Of a stretch of 64,000 nucleotides of DNA, positions 9,429 to 20,200 are shown piece by piece. Location: assembly GCA_034440395.1 (NCBI GenBank), contig JAWXBW010000064.1, forward strand, positions 1,025 to 65,024. The letters run 5' to 3'. Positions within the stretch are counted from its first letter, which is position 1; the number at the start of each line of letters is the position of its first letter. A program made the position numbers and the translations under genes. The notes below the pieces were generated by a model that made no database searches, was not told the origin of the DNA, and saw only the letters and a program-made list of their open reading frames with translations. This DNA comes from Blastochloris sp. Its GTDB lineage: Bacteria; Verrucomicrobiota; Verrucomicrobiia; Methylacidiphilales; JAAUTS01.

Positions 9429-12400
9429 ATGAAACATTACCTGCCCACTACTAAAAGTCGTTCAAAGGGACAGATCTTAGTTCTCTTTGCTCTTAGCTTA
9501 GTAGTGATATTAGGTTTTGCTGCGTTGGGCATTGATGCAGGCGGAGCCTACATTACAAAGACCAAGTTAGCTCGCGCCAATGATGCGGCCGCCTTGCGTG
9601 TGGTTAATAATTTTACAGGTGGTCGAGATATAGCGGATGCAGCAGGCCGCCAAAAATATCGTAGAGACATGGCTTTTAATGTCTTCCGAGCTAATATACG
9701 TACGTTTAATGATGGTAACCCAGCATTGGAAACTGACTGGACGTCGATTCCGGGCGTTGCGGCATCGGCTGGACCTCCCCCCGTTTCAGCCGCTGCTGCT
9801 TACTGGGTATTTTCTAAGACCTTTCCTGCAGGCCACCGTAGAGCTGGCGAGATTGACGAGTTTATTATTAAAGAAGACTCTCAGGCCTCCTCTTCTTCCT
9901 CTGCTGCTTTAAAAATCATGGAAGTCGAGATTTCGAGTAAAACATCATACCCTACCTATTTCGCTCGTGCATTTGGTCCTTTAGTGGGTGCAGGTGGTGG
10001 CTTTAACAATGTTGCTATGTCTGAAGCCGCTAAGGCGGCTAAGTATCCCACACTTAACGCTGTTATTATTGACCAATCGGGTTCCATGCTGCTCAATGGC
10101 GGAGCAGCGGTTATGGCAGATGCAGTAGAGGCTTTCGCTAAAGCTTTTGATGAAACCAGTGATCCTTTGATCGTTATTTCATTTTCTTCTACGTACGATA
10201 TCATCTGGCCTGGCATAAATGAAACTACAGGTAGATTTATTAACATTAATGCTTGTTACGGATTAAATACCTACAACGGTGCTGGAGTAGCCGCTGGCAA
10301 GACAAAAATCTACGATGCAGTAAATGCTGTCGCCTACGGTGGGGCGACAAACGCCGCTATCGGTCTTCGCGAAGCGGTTTACCAAGTCGATAACGCTATA
10401 GCTGACTTTAAAATAGCTAACCCTACACTGGCAAATAAGCTTAAGGTCAACTATATATTCATGACGGACGGGAAGTTTAATGCCTTACCTGCCTACGTGC
10501 GTGGACGCGGTTTCGGTATGAATTGGAATCCACCTGCTACATTCGGAAATTCTACTATTCCATCTGGTACGATGGGTCAGGATTTTGGCATCAGCGGATT
10601 TCCCCCTTGGCACTTAAGACGGCCTGTCTTCGGTGGTGGCACTAACTTAACCGCCGATCCTGCTGGATTCTACAAAGATAAGAACTCTGTCCAAACATCT
10701 TTTAAATACTGGGAAAGTGGTAATGTCTCGGCTACACCATCCAGCACCGTTATCTTGGCTGATAAGTTTGCGAATAGTGGTTTTAATCCAGCATTTACGG
10801 GTTGCATAAACGCGGCAGTAGGAGATCAAGATACTAGTCCATTTGCCTCGTGGATGGGTGAGTTTATGGGCGGTGAAGGCGGTGCTGGTTTAGGGGTTGT
10901 TGGCGGTGCTACAGGCGGCACAGCGCGTTGGGCTGTAAATGATGCTTTAGGCACTATGGGAGCTAAAAATTCATGGAATGATACCAATCTAAAAAATGCC
11001 CCTACCAATGCTATTCCTAACTCGACCGTCGTTTTTCCTTATAACGTCGCTATTTCTAGCTTACCAGATCCACCAAATATAGCGACAAGTTGGCCCGTAA
11101 ATTTTGATATTTCAGGTGCCACTATTGATTCCATCACCGGCACTTCCATCGTCCCTCCCAAAATACGAGACGATGCAGCGATTTTGGACACACAATTTAT
11201 TAATGTTATGCGTTTTTGTTATGATCCACGCAACTGGGAAATATGGAAGACGGACGGCGCTGCCGTGTCCGCCATTTTTGATTATGGTGGCAGCGAACCG
11301 TATAGCCCTCTGATTTCTAGGCCTAGGATTATGGTCATGCCACAACTACTTTTAAAGGATGATCCCATACCTTCGTCTGCAAACGACATTCTTGCCGTTG
11401 GTGCGGGTACGAACACCGAACAGCGCAAACGCTTCAACTACCGTCCGGGTGCTCGGGCTTTTGCTAATCATTATAATTCTTTTAGTTACGACAATCGAAC
11501 CACTATCGGCGCGGCAACCAGTTATGACGATCATTTGCTTGGCGTTGGGAAGGCTGCTCATAACTATAGCAATCGAGCCACTTCTACCTTAAAAATAAAA
11601 GATTTTTATCCTAACTTCTCGGTTGGTGGTAATGCCGACCAATTTCCGCCAACGCGTTACCAACCGAAAAAATGGGTCAGAGTAGGCGCCTACTCTCAGT
11701 TTGATATACACACACCTGCGCAAGCAGCAAATAGTACTCAGGTCGGTCAAGGGACTAATTTTGACTATGAATACTCCTCTGGCGTCAGTTCTCCCCCTTC
11801 ACCTCAATTGCCTCTTCTTGAAGCAATTAAGGCGGCTTCCACTTCGCCTTATGATACAACTTTAAACCGGACGGACATAGAGGAATGGGACCGAGTTCAA
11901 AATGCTGCTGACTATTATGTAGACACTTATGAGCCTCAAAAAATTAGTGCCGCAAAGAAATACATGTTGGCAGGTTTTTCTCTACCTCGTTTGCGTGTAG
12001 CACCTCTCATACTGGGAGACGGAATTATTCCTACGGCAACCCCGCGCCCTACTAGAACACCTACGGTAACACCTATCCCAACATCTACTCCAGCACCTAC
12101 GGCAACACCCATCCCAACTGCTACACCTCAGCCCACGCCTACGCCCACAGCTACACCAACTACCACGCCAACTCCCACGCGAACACCAACCATCACGCCA
12201 ACACCGACACGCACACCGACCCGAACTCCCACACGTACACCGACTATCACACCAACACCAACGCGCACGCCGACACCGACTATTACGCCAACGCCGACAC
12301 GTACACCGACTATTACGCCAACCCCAACGCGTACGCCGACACCGACTATTACACCAACGCCCACACGTACGCCTACACCGACCATTACGCCAACGCCCAC

Positions 12401-13268
12401 ACGTACACCCACTATTACACCCACGCCAACGCGGACACCAACGCGGACACCAACGCCGACACGTACGCCGACACGTACGCCGACTATTACACCTACTCCC
12501 ACACGTACGCCTACACCGACCATTACGCCAACGCCGACACGCACACCCACTATTACACCCACGCCGACATCTACACCCACTCCAACTCCAACAAGTACAC
12601 CGACTATAACACCAACGCCGACCCGCACTCCGACAATAACCCCAACACCAACTCCCACAATCACTCCTACCCCAACACCAACTCGCACACCGACCCGGAC
12701 GCCAACGCCGACGCCGACAATTACGCCTACACCGACACGGACTCCGACTAGAACCCCTACTCCAACGCCAACATCCACGCCAACGCCAACGCCAACACGC
12801 ACACCAACTCCGACCCCGACGATAACGCCTACCCCCACACCCGCTGGGACAGAGCAAGTAGCAGTCGTTCCTATTTTTGATGATTATGTAGGCTGGTCGC
12901 AGCTCTACTCTTATAAGCAGGGAAGATGGTTGTATTACAATTTCAACCCTGAAAATAATGCGACCAAAAGAAGCCAAAATGATGCAGTTGATGCTGCTAT
13001 TAAAGAAGAAGCTCGTTGGTTAGTGGCTGCCCAAGCCTCATTTGCGCGGCATGCTCACGAAGCCACCATTTATTGTGTAGGTTTATCTTCCAGCGAATCA
13101 AACATCGATTCAGAAATTTTAAAACAGTTAGCTAATGCCAAAGATGAGACCACCCCTTTTGACTCAACCCAAAAACTAGGAGCTTACTATTTTGCGCCCA
13201 ATGCTGCTGCTGTCACAACGGCCTTTGAAGCTATTGCACGTAAGGCGGGTGCGGTCTTAACGAAGTAA
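9429..13268 (+). CDS. TadG-N-terminal domain / von Willebrand A protein with giant insert and Thr-Pro stalk (1279 aa)
   Basis: N-terminus '[46 protein letters not shown]' is the Tad/TadG-like N-domain. vWA MIDAS 'VIIDQSGSM' (aa 212-220), 'GGATNAA' (aa 304-310) and '[10 protein letters not shown]' (aa 342-351). The vWA-type C-terminal strands 'IYCVGLSS...[20 protein letters not shown]' appear only at aa 1214-1270. Confidence 0.8.
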   Translation: MKHYLPTTKSRSKGQILVLFALSLVVILGFAALGIDAGGAYITKTKLARANDAAALRVVNNFTGGRDIADAAGRQKYRRDMAFNVFRANIRTFNDGNPALETDWTSIPGVAASAGPPPVSAAAAYWVFSKTFPAGHRRAGEIDEFIIKEDSQASSSSSAALKIMEVEISSKTSYPTYFARAFGPLVGAGGGFNNVAMSEAAKAAKYPTLNAVIIDQSGSMLLNGGAAVMADAVEAFAKAFDETSDPLIVISFSSTYDIIWPGINETTGRFININACYGLNTYNGAGVAAGKTKIYDAVNAVAYGGATNAAIGLREAVYQVDNAIADFKIANPTLANKLKVNYIFMTDGKFNALPAYVRGRGFGMNWNPPATFGNSTIPSGTMGQDFGISGFPPWHLRRPVFGGGTNLTADPAGFYKDKNSVQTSFKYWESGNVSATPSSTVILADKFANSGFNPAFTGCINAAVGDQDTSPFASWMGEFMGGEGGAGLGVVGGATGGTARWAVNDALGTMGAKNSWNDTNLKNAPTNAIPNSTVVFPYNVAISSLPDPPNIATSWPVNFDISGATIDSITGTSIVPPKIRDDAAILDTQFINVMRFCYDPRNWEIWKTDGAAVSAIFDYGGSEPYSPLISRPRIMVMPQLLLKDDPIPSSANDILAVGAGTNTEQRKRFNYRPGARAFANHYNSFSYDNRTTIGAATSYDDHLLGVGKAAHNYSNRATSTLKIKDFYPNFSVGGNADQFPPTRYQPKKWVRVGAYSQFDIHTPAQAANSTQVGQGTNFDYEYSSGVSSPPSPQLPLLEAIKAASTSPYDTTLNRTDIEEWDRVQNAADYYVDTYEPQKISAAKKYMLAGFSLPRLRVAPLILGDGIIPTATPRPTRTPTVTPIPTSTPAPTATPIPTATPQPTPTPTATPTTTPTPTRTPTITPTPTRTPTRTPTRTPTITPTPTRTPTPTITPTPTRTPTITPTPTRTPTPTITPTPTRTPTPTITPTPTRTPTITPTPTRTPTRTPTPTRTPTRTPTITPTPTRTPTPTITPTPTRTPTITPTPTSTPTPTPTSTPTITPTPTRTPTITPTPTPTITPTPTPTRTPTRTPTPTPTITPTPTRTPTRTPTPTPTSTPTPTPTRTPTPTPTITPTPTPAGTEQVAVVPIFDDYVGWSQLYSYKQGRWLYYNFNPENNATKRSQNDAVDAAIKEEARWLVAAQASFARHAHEATIYCVGLSSSESNIDSEILKQLANAKDETTPFDSTQKLGAYYFAPNAAAVTTAFEAIARKAGAVLTK
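12030..12842 (+). repeat. in-frame (Thr-X)n low-complexity array, ~271 aa, X = Pro >> Arg > Ile > Ser (words such as [10 protein letters not shown] and [12 protein letters not shown])
   Basis: Read directly from the translation of 9429-13268 (aa ~868-1138). This gives 6-nt periodicity ACN-NNN. Synonymous codons are scrambled between units (ACG/ACA/ACC/ACT, CCA/CCG/CCC/CCT, CGA/CGC/CGT/CGG). Confidence 0.92.
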
Positions 13269-13295
13269 GTAATTTGCTTAGATTAGGTTTTAGTT

Positions 13296-13322
13296 GAAGG
13301 CTGGGCTTGTTTCCCAGCCTTC
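13296..13322 (+). terminator. stem-loop after the TadG/vWA gene (possible intrinsic terminator or attenuator)
   Basis: Perfect 10-bp stem GAAGGCTGGG / CCCAGCCTTC with a 7-nt loop, 28 nt after the stop. Only a weak T-rich tail follows (ttgctgt). Confidence 0.5.
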
Positions 13323-13352
13323 TTGCTGTCAAGTTCTCAGAATTTTTTAATT

Positions 13353-13736
13353 ATGTCTGTTTATTCCGTTCATTCCCCTCGTGGTCAAGTTTGCCAACAG
13401 TGTCATTTCTCTAATTCTCTATTCTTTCGTATGAAAGGGTTGCTTGGCCGCACAAGTCTTGTCCCATTAGAAGGTCTATGGTTGAAACCTTGTAATAGTA
13501 TCCACATGTTTTTTATGAGGTTTTCCATTGATGCTTTGTTTTTAGATAAGCAACAATGTATTGTGAAAGTTTATCACTCCCTCCCTCCTTGGGCCATCAG
13601 CTCCCTGATTTTTAGAGCAGAATCTGTTTTAGAACTAGCCGCAGGCCGAGCTAATGAGTTAGGTCTCCAGATTGGTGATCAACTTGTTTTTACGGATACC
13701 TCGGATTCCCTTTTGGAGAAAAGTTCTCATGACTAA
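13353..13736 (+). CDS. DUF192 (UPF0127/COG1430-like) protein
   Basis: 'GLLGRTSLVPLEGLWLKPCNSIHMFFMRFSIDALFLDKQ...VLELAAGRANELGLQIGDQLVF' matches the DUF192 pattern as I remember it. I prefer ATG 13353 to the TTG at 13323. The stop overlaps the next start (ATGACTAA). Confidence 0.6.
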   Translation: MSVYSVHSPRGQVCQQCHFSNSLFFRMKGLLGRTSLVPLEGLWLKPCNSIHMFFMRFSIDALFLDKQQCIVKVYHSLPPWAISSLIFRAESVLELAAGRANELGLQIGDQLVFTDTSDSLLEKSSHD

Positions 13737-15171
13737 GAAGTCTTCTCTTCTTGTAGTTGATCTAGACGGAACCTTACTCAAGTCAGATCTTTTGTGGGAA
13801 TGCCTGCTCAGGTTTTTAATCCCGAAAGGATGGCGCATCATACAAGTCCTAGCATGGATTTTTCAAGGAGGGCCGAGTTTACTTAAAGCCCAACTTGCTC
13901 ACCATGTAAAGCTAGACGCTAGTACTTTGCCTTGGAATGAGAGCGTTGTTCTCTTCTGTGAAAAGTGGGTGAGGGAAGGCGGCAGGGTAGTTATCGCTAC
14001 CGCTTCTAATCAAGAACTTACCCAGAAAATTACCCAGCATTTCAGCTTCGTTTCTGTGGTGATCGGAAGCACGTCCACTTGGAACGGTAAAGGAGACCAA
14101 AAAGCTCTGCGTTTAGTCGAGACTTATGGTGTTTCAGGATTCGACTACATGGCAGATAGTTCAGCGGATATTCCTGTCTGGAAAGTTTCGCAGCAAGCAT
14201 GGTTTGTCGGTAGTAAGATGAAGCATCGTAGCTTACAACGATCGTGTGCAGCGGAACTACATCATCTAGCTGAATCAGATCAATCGTTGCACATGGGATT
14301 TTTAAAAGCGATTCGACCCCATCAATGGTTGAAGAATGTTTTAGTTTTCGTTCCTTTGATTGCAGCACATCGCTGGAGCGAGATCATGGTTTGGCAACAA
14401 ACACTACCAGCTTTCTTTTCCCTTTGCTGCATGGCTTCCGCCTCATACCTATGGAATGACATGGCAGATATTGAGGCAGATAGACGCCATCCGGCGAAAA
14501 AACATCGCCCCATTGCTAGCGGTTCACAAGGGATACCAGTGGCCGTTTTGTCAATGTTCGGGTTATTTAGCCTAGGTATCTTAGCGGCATGGTCAGCAGG
14601 ATTAATTGTAGTGCTAGCAAGCTTGGCCTATTTTTTCCTGTCCCTCATCTATACGATAAAAATTAAAACAATTCCCGTTTTTGATGTCCTCTTTCTTTCG
14701 GGCTTATATACTTATCGTATGGTGTTAGGCGGCCTAGCTGCCAGCGTCATGATCTCCCCTTGGTTGCTGGCTTTTTCTACGGCCTTTTTTCTGGGGCTAG
14801 CTTTTCTCAAGAGGTATGTGGAATTAAGTGGATCAGATCCCAAGGAAGCTAACGAGTTGTTTTCGCGCCGGGGCTACGTGCAAGGAGATAGTTTATTTAT
14901 CTTAATTGCAGGACTCTGTTCCAGTTTTTTTTCGATCGTCGTTTTAGCACTCTACCTTGACAGCTCTGCCAGTAAGGTTCTATATCAAAGCCCTGAACGA
15001 TTATGGGGTATTGCGCTGGCTTTACTGGCTTGGAATCTTTACGTCTGGTTCTTAGCCCTTAGAAAAAAAATGTGTGAAGATCCCGTCTGGTTTGCCGCCA
15101 GAGATCCTGTGACTTACGGCCTAGCTTTCCTTAGCCTTCTTTCCATCGCCTTATCCGGCCCACGTGCATGA
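13729..15171 (+). CDS. fusion protein: HAD-superfamily phosphatase domain + UbiA-family polyprenyl-phosphate phosphoribosyltransferase (DPPR-synthase-like)
   Basis: HAD motif I 'LLVVDLDGTLLKSD' at the N-terminus. The UbiA part has 'IRPHQWLKNVLVFVPLIAAH' and 'NDMADIEADRRHPAKKHRPIASG' (NDxxDxxxD), followed by multiple TM helices. ATG 13729 fits better than the upstream track start at 13672. Confidence 0.8.
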   Translation: MTKKSSLLVVDLDGTLLKSDLLWECLLRFLIPKGWRIIQVLAWIFQGGPSLLKAQLAHHVKLDASTLPWNESVVLFCEKWVREGGRVVIATASNQELTQKITQHFSFVSVVIGSTSTWNGKGDQKALRLVETYGVSGFDYMADSSADIPVWKVSQQAWFVGSKMKHRSLQRSCAAELHHLAESDQSLHMGFLKAIRPHQWLKNVLVFVPLIAAHRWSEIMVWQQTLPAFFSLCCMASASYLWNDMADIEADRRHPAKKHRPIASGSQGIPVAVLSMFGLFSLGILAAWSAGLIVVLASLAYFFLSLIYTIKIKTIPVFDVLFLSGLYTYRMVLGGLAASVMISPWLLAFSTAFFLGLAFLKRYVELSGSDPKEANELFSRRGYVQGDSLFILIAGLCSSFFSIVVLALYLDSSASKVLYQSPERLWGIALALLAWNLYVWFLALRKKMCEDPVWFAARDPVTYGLAFLSLLSIALSGPRA

Positions 15172-16481
15172 GTGGAGTTAATAAAACTCTAAGTTCGTGG
15201 GGAGGAAACCAAAGCGTAGGCTCGAAGGTTTACCGCACTTCTTGGAGAAGTGAGCCCTTACCGAAGGTTTCTACGAAGCTACTGGCTTATGGCATGGGGC
15301 GCAGTTACGGCGACTCGTGTCTTTTAAATAACGGGACTTTCATCGAAACGCATGATCTGAATCATTTTATTTCTTTTGATTCATCTCGTGGTCTCATAAG
15401 GGTCGAGGCCGGCTGTACAATGGCTGCATTGTTGCGTTTCTGTGTTCCGCACGGGTGGTTTGCGCCCGTCACGCCAGGGACTAAGTTTGTCACCTTAGGC
15501 GGATGTTTGGCCAATGACATCCACGGGAAAAATCATCACAATGCAGGAAGCTTCGGCTGTTTTGTACCACGTTTCGGATTAAGGCGTTCAGACGGTTCAG
15601 AGCTAGAGTGTAGCCCTGATCGTAACCCTGAGCTGTTTTGTGCGACTATTGGCGGGCTAGGTTTGACTGGGTTAATCCTGTGGTTAGAACTTCAACTTAA
15701 ACCTATTCGCAGCCCGCTGATTTCACAGACGAAAACGTTGTTATCAGGATTAGACTCTTTCTTTGAACATGCGGAAAAAGAAGAAGCTGAATTTGAATAT
15801 TCCGTAGCGTGGTTAGACGTCACGCACAAGGGCAAACCGCGCGGTGTCTTTCTCGCAGGCAATCACGCAAAGCAAGCATCCGCTCTTGAGCACACCTTAC
15901 CTGTCCCTCTTCTTTCCTTACCCTTTCAGTTACCCGATGCGGCCTTGTCTGGTTGGTCTATCGGGTTAATGAATAGCGGCTATTATTTATCAAACGTCTT
16001 CAGTCCGAAGCGTAATGAACTGTTTTACGATTCTTTTTTTTATCCTCTTGATTCCGTAGCTCACTGGAACAGAGCGTATGGGGCGAAAGGGTTGAGACAG
16101 TATCAATTTGTTGTGCCCCGCCAGAATGGGTTGGACGTTTTAGCCGAAGTTTTGGACAAGGTGCAGGTCGCTCGGCAATCGTCATTCCTCACCGTTGTTA
16201 AACTATTTGGAAATAGGCGCTCCCCTGGGATACTGTCCTTTCCGAGAGCAGGCGTCACCGTTTGTTTTGATTTCCCTAACTTGGGTGCTGCCACGGAACG
16301 GCTACTTGATGATCTCGACACCACCGTCTTCTCCTGTGGCGGAGCTCTTTATCCAGCCAAAGACTGTCGCATGAGTCCAGACGCCTTCGAGCGTTCCTTT
16401 CCTAAACACAAAGAGTTTAAAAAATGGATCGACCCAGCCTTTGCTTCAACTTTTTCTCAACGCATAGGTTTAACATCTTAA
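15168..16481 (+). CDS. FAD-binding oxidoreductase, DprE1-like (polyprenyl-phospho-ribose 2'-oxidase-like)
   Basis: 437 aa. 'GMGRSYGDSCL' and 'TLGGCLANDIHGKNHH' are typical of the FAD_binding_4/DprE1 family. ATGA overlap with the upstream gene. Confidence 0.78.
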   Translation: MSGVNKTLSSWGGNQSVGSKVYRTSWRSEPLPKVSTKLLAYGMGRSYGDSCLLNNGTFIETHDLNHFISFDSSRGLIRVEAGCTMAALLRFCVPHGWFAPVTPGTKFVTLGGCLANDIHGKNHHNAGSFGCFVPRFGLRRSDGSELECSPDRNPELFCATIGGLGLTGLILWLELQLKPIRSPLISQTKTLLSGLDSFFEHAEKEEAEFEYSVAWLDVTHKGKPRGVFLAGNHAKQASALEHTLPVPLLSLPFQLPDAALSGWSIGLMNSGYYLSNVFSPKRNELFYDSFFYPLDSVAHWNRAYGAKGLRQYQFVVPRQNGLDVLAEVLDKVQVARQSSFLTVVKLFGNRRSPGILSFPRAGVTVCFDFPNLGAATERLLDDLDTTVFSCGGALYPAKDCRMSPDAFERSFPKHKEFKKWIDPAFASTFSQRIGLTS

Positions 16482-16502
16482 CGCCATTTGTAGGTAAAGA
16501 TC

Positions 16503-17231
16503 ATGAAACACATACTAGTTCTAGGCGCCACCTCAGCCATGGCTCAATCTCTTTGCAAGCTCTATGCAGTTTCGGGTTCACACTTTTATCTGTTAGGCCG
16601 TAATGAACAAAGGCTAAACATCGTGGCCGCAGACTTACTCGTGCATGGGGCGCAAGCGGTTGAAGTTAGGGTGGTTGATTCGTTTCCCCAATTAAAAGCA
16701 GCGGCCGAAGAGGCCTGTCAGCAAGCAGATGGATTAGATTTATTCTTAGCAGCTCAAGGGTCATTGCCTTCACAAGAAATAGTGGAAAAATCTGGTGAAT
16801 CAGTCAGTGAACTTTTTCACGCTAATGCGGTGCAAATCATGGATGCGTGTCTTTGTGTAGCCTCTTTTTTTGAAGCTCAAGGGCACGGAACCTGTGTGGT
16901 AATAGGCTCTGTGGCAGGAGATCGTGGTCGTCGTAGCAACTATCTTTACGGTGCATCAAAGGCTGCACTAGAAGTTTTTTGTGATGGATTGCGTCAACGA
17001 CTTGAACCTAATTGTTCGTTAGTTTTTATCAAGCCAGGTCCCGTTGATACGCCCATGACATCCCATTTAAAGAAGGGGGCACTGTTCAGCACCTCCGAAA
17101 AAGTGGCTAAAGATATTCTCAGCGGAATTGAGCGAGGCAGTGCTGTTGTTTACACGCCTTCTTATTGGAAATGGATCATGCTCGTGATTAAGCTTCTACC
17201 TGATAGCGTAGTAAAACGACTACGTGCTTGA
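16503..17231 (+). CDS. short-chain dehydrogenase/reductase, DprE2-like
   Basis: 242 aa. N-terminal Rossmann 'VLGATSAMAQ', catalytic 'YGASKAAL' (YxxxK) and 'KPGPVDTPM'. The position after the DprE1-like gene matches the dprE1-dprE2 order. Confidence 0.75.
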   Translation: MKHILVLGATSAMAQSLCKLYAVSGSHFYLLGRNEQRLNIVAADLLVHGAQAVEVRVVDSFPQLKAAAEEACQQADGLDLFLAAQGSLPSQEIVEKSGESVSELFHANAVQIMDACLCVASFFEAQGHGTCVVIGSVAGDRGRRSNYLYGASKAALEVFCDGLRQRLEPNCSLVFIKPGPVDTPMTSHLKKGALFSTSEKVAKDILSGIERGSAVVYTPSYWKWIMLVIKLLPDSVVKRLRA

Positions 17232-20200
17232 ACAACCACACAGCTCTGACAATCTCTACTATCTTGAAACTCGAGCCGACACAACTTCCTGAGCAGCACG
17301 ACCCCATCAAAAAAAGCACTCGCTGGTTGTTGATCCTCATTCTATGCCTCGGAGCATTACCACGTTTTATGTGGTCAGATTGGGACGATTTTAAGGGTCA
17401 ACATCCTGACGAGCGACATATCATGATGTGTACGAGCAGCCTAGCTTGGCCCCAGTCTATTGGTCAGTTTCTCAATGAATCAGCATCCCCGTTAAATCCG
17501 CGCAATCGTGGAGCACATTATTTCGCTTATGGAACCTTACCTAGCACCATGCTGAAGGGTCTGACAGAACTTGGCACGGTGCGGGACGGGCTGCAAGTAG
17601 CTAAGTTATCGCGTGGTTTCTCGGCCTTTGCGGATACCTGCGTAATTGGCCTTGTATTCTTACTAGCATGGACGCTGTATCGTCGAGCATCCGTCGCTTT
17701 ACTGGCCGCAGCTTTTTACGCTATGTGTGTACTGCCGATTCAACACGCTCATTTTTTCGTAGTAGATCCGTTTGCAAATTTCTTTGTGACCTTAGCCCTG
17801 ATTTTTCTGGCTCGAGCGTGGCGCAGTGGGGGATGGAAAGACTATGCCGCAACAGGTGTAGCTCTAGGCTTAGCTATCAGTTGTAAAATCTCAGTTGCCA
17901 CTATGGGATTACCCGTGGCACTCGTCGCTCTCATTCCATTAGTGGGAGAAAAGCACAGAATTTCTCAACGTCTTCTCACAGCGATTTTTCGCACAGCCGT
18001 TTTTTCCCTAGCGACAATCATTACGGTTAGATTCGCTTTGCCCGATGCTTTCTCTGGCTTTTGGCCGTGGCAACTTGCACCACGTTGGGTGGCTAACATG
18101 CGAGAGGTTGTCAGTATAAGTACAGGTGTCATTGATATTTTTTTCACGCGTCAGTTCTACAACCGCATTCCCCTACTCTGGCCTTGGTGGAACATGGTGG
18201 CGTGGGGAATGGGGTTAGCACTTGGTCTGGCTGCGTGGGCAGGTTGGTTGAAGGCACTTTGGCAAATCATCACGAAGCGCATCTGGGCCCATAGCGTTTT
18301 AGTGCTTTGGGTGGCGGTAGTATTTTTTCATATGGGCTTTACCTACCAATCAACCCTACGTTACTTCCTCCCCATTTACGCACCCCTTTGTATTTTAGCA
18401 GCAGTTTTTCTTCTGCCGCGCACCTTCACTTACCTGAGTTTTTTGCGAAAAGGACTCGTCCTGAGTGTTTTCTTTTTTACGCTAGCTTGGGCTTTTGCGT
18501 TTCTAGCTATTTATCAAAAACCCATGACGAGAATCGAAGCCTCGAATTGGATTTATGACAACATCCCCAAAGGCAGCTCGCTTGCTTGCGAGCATTGGGA
18601 TGACACGATTCCCTTACCTTTCAATGCAGAACGAACTTCTGAATTTTATCAATACGTCGAGATGCCGCTTTACGTGGTGGATAATCCAGAGAAGCGAGGT
18701 CAGCTCTTAGAGAAGTTAAAGAGCGCAGATTATATTATTCTAGCGAGCCAGAAATTACGGGATTCGATTCCACGTATGCCGCACCGCTACCCCTTGACCA
18801 TACGTTACTATGAGTGGCTAGAGGATGGCACCCTAGGTTTTGATAAAGTCGCAGAATTTACCCGCCCCATGATTTTTTTAGGCTTACCAATCTCAACGCG
18901 AAGTGCGGAAGAAGCCTTCAGCGTTTACGATCATCCGCCCGTGGTCATTTTCAAAAAAACAGAACGCTACGACCCCCAGAAAGTGGTCGATCTTTTCAAT
19001 GCCGTTTCTTTAGATGGCGTAACGGACACTCGCGAGCCAGCGGAAGAATTTAAAGAGCTTCCGATAGAAAAAGTTGTTAAGAACAACCAAGAGGTAGCCA
19101 AGGCAGAACCTAGCGTCTTGCTTAAGCCAGCACGCTGGGCCGCAGCTCAAAATGAAGGGACATGGAGAGACTTCTTTGATCGAAACTCCTTCTCAGTTCG
19201 CTATCCCGTAATTGTCTGGGTGCTACAACTCATACTTTTACAATGGATAGGCTGGGTCTGTTTAGCTCCACTGCTAAAATGTTTGCCTGACCGTGGAGCG
19301 GCTCTTGCCCGACCCCTCGCCATACTTATTCCTTGCTGGATCCTGTGGCTTTTAGCTAGCTCTGGCATCATGAAAAACCAGCCGGCAACGTATTGGCTTA
19401 TTCTATCTTTTTTTATTTTAATCACGGCCAGGATCACATGGGTGAATCGTCGCGAGTGGAAAAATAAGTTTAAAATCACGGGAAACGAGGGCTTAGCGGT
19501 GGAAGGAGTTTTCTGGCTTGGTTTTACCCTCTTTCTCTGTATCCGTTCTTTAAACCCCGACGTATGGCACCACTCTTGGGGTGGGGAAAAGCCCATGGAG
19601 ATGACCTTTCTTTATGGCGTGATTAAATCAGACCATTTTCCGCCCATGAATCCTTGGTATGCGGGTGGCTTTATTAATTATTACTATTTCGGATTTGTTC
19701 TATGCGGAACTTTAATTAAGAGTTTGGGAATTTTACCTGAAGTGGGCTTTAACTTATGCCTAGCAACTTTTTTTGGGATGGCTTGTGCGGCCACCATGTC
19801 TTTTGCCCGAGCATTTCGACCACAAAATTCCCGGCTAGTGGCATTTGCCGCTACGGCCTTTGTCATGCTAATCGGTAACTTGTTCCAAATCCGGTTCATC
19901 TGGAATCGGCTTCAGCTTCTAGGAGCACCAGATCATGACCTGACTTTTCCCATCGTCTCTGATCTAATCCGTGCTGGTTACGGATTATTTCATGTTGCTG
20001 GCGAGGCCACGCTAGGCAACTACCCAGCTGATCTATACTGGGTAGCAGCTCGTGCGATCACGGGGGAAGATGTTGCCCCAGTTACGGAGTTTCCCTACTG
20101 GAGTTTTCTCTACGGTGATTTGCATCCGCATCTCATAGCACTTCCCTACACACTTTGTCTGTTAGGTCTTCTTGTGGCGTGGATTCGCTGTGACTCTTTT

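Noticed and set aside
12030-12842. Periodic repeat considered as a CRISPR array or tandem DNA repeat
   Set aside because: There is no repeat/spacer alternation. The periodicity is 6 nt and in frame within a long CDS, and the units are not identical at the DNA level.
11982-12977. Long antisense ORFs (331 aa Arg/Cys/Trp-rich; 236 aa 'GVGVGV...' at 12128-12838) opposite the Thr-Pro array
   Set aside because: They are mirror images of the 6-nt periodic ACN-CCN repeat, which keeps the reverse frames open. They are low-complexity with no independent signal, and the sense-strand gene has clear flanking domains.
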